DNA from: a bacterium
GTDB taxonomy: Bacteria > Patescibacteriota > Dojkabacteria > JAKAPS01 > JAJZLI01
Direction of reading: 5' to 3'
NCBI GenBank assembly: GCA_021791275.1
Contig: JAJYWX010000029.1
Coordinates: 14,074 to 78,073, forward strand
DNA length: 64,000 nucleotides
Position numbers and translations under genes: made by a program. Shown here piece after piece: positions 59,381-64,000 of the stretch. Under the pieces are notes generated by a model, which saw only the letters and a program-made list of their open reading frames with translations, was not told the origin of the DNA and did not search any database. Numbering within the stretch: the stretch's first letter is position 1; every line of letters starts with the position of its first letter.

Positions 59381-60759
59381 ATATATCTGATTTGAGAAAA
59401 AAATTAGATAGCAAAGAGATTTCTGCACAAGAGATTTTTGATGAGTATTTTAAAAAAGCTGAGGAGGAGAATAAAAAAATAAATTGCTTTATAAATATAA
59501 ATAAGGAATATTCAAAAAAAAGATTAAGTAAAGAAAATAACTCTATTCTTTCAAATATACCTGGAGTTATAAAAGATAATATTTCTATAAAAGATACAAT
59601 TACTACTGCTGGATCTAGAATGTTAGAAAAATATAAATCCCCATATACTGCTTCTGTAGTATTGAATTTAAAAGATTTTATGTTAATTGGAAAAGGGAAT
59701 ATGGATTCTTTTGCTTTTGGATCATCGACTGAGAATTCAGGTTTTGGAGTTACAAAAAACCCTTTAGATTTAACAAGGGTTGCAGGTGGGTCATCTGGGG
59801 GTGTATCTGCAGCAATAGCTTCTAAATTAGCTTTATTTGGAATAGGGACAGATACAGGGGGATCTGTCAGGCAACCTGCTTCATTTTGTGGAGTTGTTGG
59901 ATTAAAACCAACATATGGGTTATGTTCTAGATTTGGTCTTATAGCGATGGGATCATCTTTTGATGTTCCAGGAATAATAACTCAGAATGTAAAAGATGCG
60001 GCAATAGTTTTAAATGAAATCGCAGGTTATGATGTAAATGATTCTACATCTGTAAATATTGGAAAGAAAGACTATACAGGTTTAAAAAAGATTAATAAAT
60101 GTAAGGTTGGAATTTTAAAATTTCCAGAAGAAGGGTTGGATAAGGAAGTATTGGAAGGATTCTCATCAAGTGTAAATCTTTTAAAATCTATGGGAATGGA
60201 TATTGTTGAGATAGATATGAAATATATTAAATATTCTCTATCTGTATATTACGTTATAGTTCCATCTGAGATTAGTGCAAATATGTCAAGATATGATGGA
60301 ATTAGGTTTGGGTATCATCCAGAGGAATCATTTTCTGTATTAGATGATTTTTATAAGGAATCAAGAGATAAGTTTGAAGATGAAGTTAAAAGAAGAATAA
60401 TGATAGGTACATTTACTCTATCTCAAGGATACTATGATGCATATTATAATAAAGCTATGAAAGTAAGAAATCTTATCAAACAAGAATTTATAGATACATT
60501 CAAAGATATAGATTTCTTAGTTTCACCTACTACCCCTACTCTACCTTTTCATATCGGGGAGAAAACCAAATCTCCACTATCCATGTATCTTTCTGACATA
60601 TTTACTGTTCCTGCAAATGTCGTAGGTTACCCTGCAATATCTATTCCTGATAAAAAATTTGGAGATCTTTTTTCTGGATTACAGATAATAGCAAAACCCT
60701 TTGAGGAGGAGAGATTATTATCTTTTGCTAATATGATGGAGGAAAAATTATGGAAGTAG
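59377..60759 (+). CDS. gatA: Asp/Glu-tRNA amidotransferase subunit A
   Basis: KDN, GGSSGG, GTDTGGSVRQPA, RYDG. Confidence 0.96.
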   Translation: MNISDLRKKLDSKEISAQEIFDEYFKKAEEENKKINCFININKEYSKKRLSKENNSILSNIPGVIKDNISIKDTITTAGSRMLEKYKSPYTASVVLNLKDFMLIGKGNMDSFAFGSSTENSGFGVTKNPLDLTRVAGGSSGGVSAAIASKLALFGIGTDTGGSVRQPASFCGVVGLKPTYGLCSRFGLIAMGSSFDVPGIITQNVKDAAIVLNEIAGYDVNDSTSVNIGKKDYTGLKKINKCKVGILKFPEEGLDKEVLEGFSSSVNLLKSMGMDIVEIDMKYIKYSLSVYYVIVPSEISANMSRYDGIRFGYHPEESFSVLDDFYKESRDKFEDEVKRRIMIGTFTLSQGYYDAYYNKAMKVRNLIKQEFIDTFKDIDFLVSPTTPTLPFHIGEKTKSPLSMYLSDIFTVPANVVGYPAISIPDKKFGDLFSGLQIIAKPFEEERLLSFANMMEEKLWK

Positions 60760-62177
60760 ATTTAATAGTGGGATTAGAAATCCATGTTCAGCTCAAGACA
60801 AAAACTAAGATGTTTTGTTCTTGTAAATCTGATTATTTTGAAAAAAATCCTAACACCAATGTTTGCCCTGTTTGTCTTGGGCTACCAGGGGCTTTACCTC
60901 GTTTAAATAGAGAGTCACTTGTTCAAGCTATTAAAGTTGGAAGAGCACTAAATTTTGAAATTAATGAAAAATCTAGATTTGATAGAAAAAATTATATGTA
61001 TCCGGATCTATTTAAAGGTTATCAGATAACTCAATTCGAATTTCCTATCAATACAAATGGATATATTAATCTATCTTCAGGAAAGAGAATAAATATATAT
61101 AGAGCTCACTTAGAGGAGGATACAGCTAAATCTTTGCATGAGAAAGATTGTACATTATTAGATGCTAACAAAGCTGGAATGCCATTATTGGAGATAGTAT
61201 CATCTCCTGAACTTACATCAAAAGAAGAAGCAAAAGAGTATGCTCAAAAAATTTATAACATTGTAAAATTTATAGATGCATCTGATTGTGATATGGAAAA
61301 GGGGCAAATGAGATTTGATATAAATGTAAACCTTAATATAAAAGAGAAAGAGAAAGAATTTAGAACTCCCATTGTTGAAATAAAAAATCTAAATTCATTT
61401 AGATCTTTAGAGAGGGCTATAGAATATGAACAAGAGAGGCAATTAGAAGAGTTTATGGAGAAAAGAATTGTTCTTGAGAAAGGGAATAAAGTTACTAGAG
61501 GTTGGAATGATACTTTAGGAAAAACAATATTTCAGCGTAATAAAGAAGAGAGTGATGATTATAGATATTTCCCTGATCCTGATATTCCTCCAATCTCTTT
61601 AGATTCTGATTTTATAAATAAAGCTCTAGATAAGATAGACATATTACCTCAAGATGCTTTGGATAAACTTATATCAGAGTATAAACTACCTAAAGAGTCT
61701 GCAGAATTTTTGACTGAGGATAAAATTTTTTATAATTTATTTTCTGATATATCTAAAAAATATACAAATTACTCCACTCTTGCAAATTGGATTATTACTG
61801 ATGTTTTAGGAATAATTAATCAATCTGGATCTGATATAAATTGTTTAAATAAGGGTAAATTCGTAGAAATATTAAATGCTATAGATGATAAAAAAATTAG
61901 TGTTCAATCGGGAAAAGAAATATTAAAGGAATCTATTTTGAATAAAGATTTCAATGTTTCTGAGAATATAAATAGTAGTCTTCTAGTTTCTGATGATAGT
62001 ATATTAGATAATACTATAAAAAAGATAATAGATGAGAATTCTGATTTGGTGGAAAAATATTTATCTGGAAAAGAAGGAGTTTTAAGTTTCCTTATTGGGC
62101 AAGTGCTAAAGGAAATGAAAGGTAGAGCTGACCCTAATGTAGTTAAGGAAAAACTCCTATTATTTATAAAAAAATGA
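60750..62177 (+). CDS. gatB: Asp/Glu-tRNA amidotransferase subunit B
   Basis: GLEIHVQL, CPVCLGLPG, EIKNLNS, YRYFPDPD. Confidence 0.96.
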   Translation: MEVDLIVGLEIHVQLKTKTKMFCSCKSDYFEKNPNTNVCPVCLGLPGALPRLNRESLVQAIKVGRALNFEINEKSRFDRKNYMYPDLFKGYQITQFEFPINTNGYINLSSGKRINIYRAHLEEDTAKSLHEKDCTLLDANKAGMPLLEIVSSPELTSKEEAKEYAQKIYNIVKFIDASDCDMEKGQMRFDINVNLNIKEKEKEFRTPIVEIKNLNSFRSLERAIEYEQERQLEEFMEKRIVLEKGNKVTRGWNDTLGKTIFQRNKEESDDYRYFPDPDIPPISLDSDFINKALDKIDILPQDALDKLISEYKLPKESAEFLTEDKIFYNLFSDISKKYTNYSTLANWIITDVLGIINQSGSDINCLNKGKFVEILNAIDDKKISVQSGKEILKESILNKDFNVSENINSSLLVSDDSILDNTIKKIIDENSDLVEKYLSGKEGVLSFLIGQVLKEMKGRADPNVVKEKLLLFIKK

Positions 62178-62184
62178 ATAGAAA

Positions 62185-62213
62185 TTGATAATAGTTTTTA
62201 ATTCTGTTATATT
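62185..62213 (+). promoter_or_regulatory. sigma70 promoter of dnaE
   Basis: TTGATA-17 bp-TATATT with extended TG. Confidence 0.6.
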
Positions 62214-62271
62214 AAAAACATGTTAGTGTATAGCGCCCAATTTATACCTTCTCACTATTTATATTTAAAAA

Positions 62272-64000
62272 ATGTCAGATTTTACACATCTTCATTTACA
62301 TACTGAGTATTCACTTCTTGATGGAATGAATGCTATTAAACCTTTGGTTAAAAGGTTAAAAGATTTAGGATTTGATAGTTGTGCAATAACAGATCATGGG
62401 GTTATGTATGGTGCCCATGAATTTTATGAGGAATGTAAGAAATATGGTATTAAGGCGATAATAGGGTGCGAAGTATATATATCTCCTACTTCAAGATTTG
62501 ATAAGACAGATTCTAATTATTCTCATTTAATTTTACTTTGTAAAAATAATGTAGGGTATAAAAATCTTATGAAGATTGTATCAGATGCTCAAATTAATGG
62601 GTTCTATTATAAACCAAGAACGGATTTAGAATTTTTAAAAGAGAATAGTGAAGGGCTAATAGCATTATCTGGATGTTTATCTGGAGATATTCCATCTGCT
62701 TTTATTAATGGAGATGATAAAAAAGCCTACCTTTATGCAGATAAGTATATAGATATCTTTGGTAAAGAAAATTTCTTTATAGAGATGCAAAGAAATGGTG
62801 TTAATGAAGAATTTGAAATTGAAAATAAATTATTTAAGTTAGCAAAAGATAAAGGCCTATTGACTGTTGCTACAGTTGATTCACATTATATGAATAAAGA
62901 TGATTCTTATGCACATGAGGTTTTATTATGTATAGACACAGGGAAAAAAATAACAGATGATAATAGGCTCAAATTTGATTCAGATGAGTTCTATATAAAA
63001 AGTGAGAAAGAAATAAAAAAGGTTTGGAAAGATCACCCAGAAGTTATAAGTAATACAAGAAAAATTAATGATATGTGTAATGTGACAATAGAGTTTGAAA
63101 ACTTTATTTTCCCTAATGTTAAAATACCTCAAGAATATGGTTCTGATTACGACAAATATCTTAGAGATATAACCTATCAAAGAGGTAAAGAAAGATTAGG
63201 AAGAGACCTTAGTGAAGTAGAAACAGAAAGAATTGAGTATGAACTCAATATCATATCCTCAAAGGGATTTTCAAGTTATATGTTACTAGTATCAGATTTT
63301 ACTGATTTTTTGCATGAAAAAAATATACCTACAACCACAAGAGGATCTGCTGCTGGTAGTCTTGTTGCTTATTTTATTGGAATAGTTCCAATTAATCCAT
63401 TAACATTTGAATTGTCTTTTGAAAGATTTTTAAATCCTTTAAGACCAAAAGCCCCAGATATAGATTTAGATATAGCTAGTGAAAATCGAGAAGAAGTTTT
63501 GGATTATGCTGTTAAAAAATATGGATCAGATAGAGTGTCTCAAATAGTTACCTTTGGAAGAATGAAAGCAAGGGCAGCGATTAGGGATGTGGGTAGAGTT
63601 TTAGGAATACCTCTTTCTACAGTTGATAAAATTGCAAAATTGATTCCTCAAGGTAGGTATTCAATAAAAGAAGCTATATCAAAAATACCAGAATTAAAAA
63701 CTCTTATAAAAGAGGATAAAGATATAGAAAATATGCTCATAATTGCATCCAAAATGGAAGGAATTGCAAGGCATGCATCTATTCATGCCTGTGGTGTTTT
63801 GATTACCCCAGAACCTTTGATTGAGAATGTTCCAATATTATTTGATAAAAAAACTCAAAGACTAGTTTCTCAATATAATATGGTTTCATTAGAAGAGTTA
63901 GGCTATATGAAAATGGATTTCTTGGGATTGACTAATTTAGATATAATATCTGAAACTATAAGACTGATAGAACAGGATAGTGGAGAGAAAGTTGACCTTG
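62272..64000 (+). CDS. dnaE: DNA polymerase III alpha subunit (runs off the window end)
   Basis: MSDFTHLHLHTEYSLLDG, AITDHG, RGSAAGS, FERFLNP, PDIDLD, KMDFLGL. Confidence 0.96.
   Translation, partial: MSDFTHLHLHTEYSLLDGMNAIKPLVKRLKDLGFDSCAITDHGVMYGAHEFYEECKKYGIKAIIGCEVYISPTSRFDKTDSNYSHLILLCKNNVGYKNLMKIVSDAQINGFYYKPRTDLEFLKENSEGLIALSGCLSGDIPSAFINGDDKKAYLYADKYIDIFGKENFFIEMQRNGVNEEFEIENKLFKLAKDKGLLTVATVDSHYMNKDDSYAHEVLLCIDTGKKITDDNRLKFDSDEFYIKSEKEIKKVWKDHPEVISNTRKINDMCNVTIEFENFIFPNVKIPQEYGSDYDKYLRDITYQRGKERLGRDLSEVETERIEYELNIISSKGFSSYMLLVSDFTDFLHEKNIPTTTRGSAAGSLVAYFIGIVPINPLTFELSFERFLNPLRPKAPDIDLDIASENREEVLDYAVKKYGSDRVSQIVTFGRMKARAAIRDVGRVLGIPLSTVDKIAKLIPQGRYSIKEAISKIPELKTLIKEDKDIENMLIIASKMEGIARHASIHACGVLITPEPLIENVPILFDKKTQRLVSQYNMVSLEELGYMKMDFLGLTNLDIISETIRLIEQDSGEKVDL

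Noticed and set aside
1-64000. Alternative genetic code (TGA=Gly, code 25)
   Set aside because: Conserved genes are full length under code 11, and TGA ends genes at expected positions, often in ATGA overlaps
1-64000. CRISPR array, prophage, IS, retroelement, rRNA
   Set aside because: No regularly spaced repeats, no integrase/transposase/RT/phage motifs, and no non-coding stretch long enough
62272-64000. Intein or frameshift in dnaE (missing from the ORF track)
   Set aside because: Motifs follow in the expected order and in frame; it is missing from the track only because the stop lies beyond the window

Overview
AT-rich, gene-dense bacterial chromosome segment using standard code 11. Gene content and style point to a Patescibacteria/CPR organism, possibly Dojkabacteria/WWE3/Microgenomates-like (inference). 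It carries a type IV pilin-pilMNO cluster, translation genes (rpsP, rpmF, rpmI, rplT, infC, thrS, pheST, tyrS, ileS, gatCAB), 8 tRNAs, repair genes (recG, mutSL, uvrA, uvrB), envelope and division genes (class A PBP, rodA-ftsW-murG, ftsQAZ, LCP, three DedA), tig-clpP and the 5' part of dnaE. No CRISPR array, prophage, IS or rRNA is visible. The most striking cross-cutting pattern concerns translation initiation. About a dozen operon-leading genes have a -10 box only 6-9 nt upstream of the start codon (leaderless or near-leaderless mRNA) and internal genes are stop/start-coupled, whereas infC has a textbook Shine-Dalgarno with a non-canonical ATC start. Other notable items are a catalytically degenerate Fic-HTH gene abutting ftsZ, an unannotated 38-aa membrane peptide between tyrS and recG, a perfect 13-bp inverted repeat on the ileS start, two ORFans with their own promoter inside thrS-infC, an acidic zinc-ribbon protein heading tig-clpP, and charge-depleted secreted proteins suggestive of an acidic habitat.
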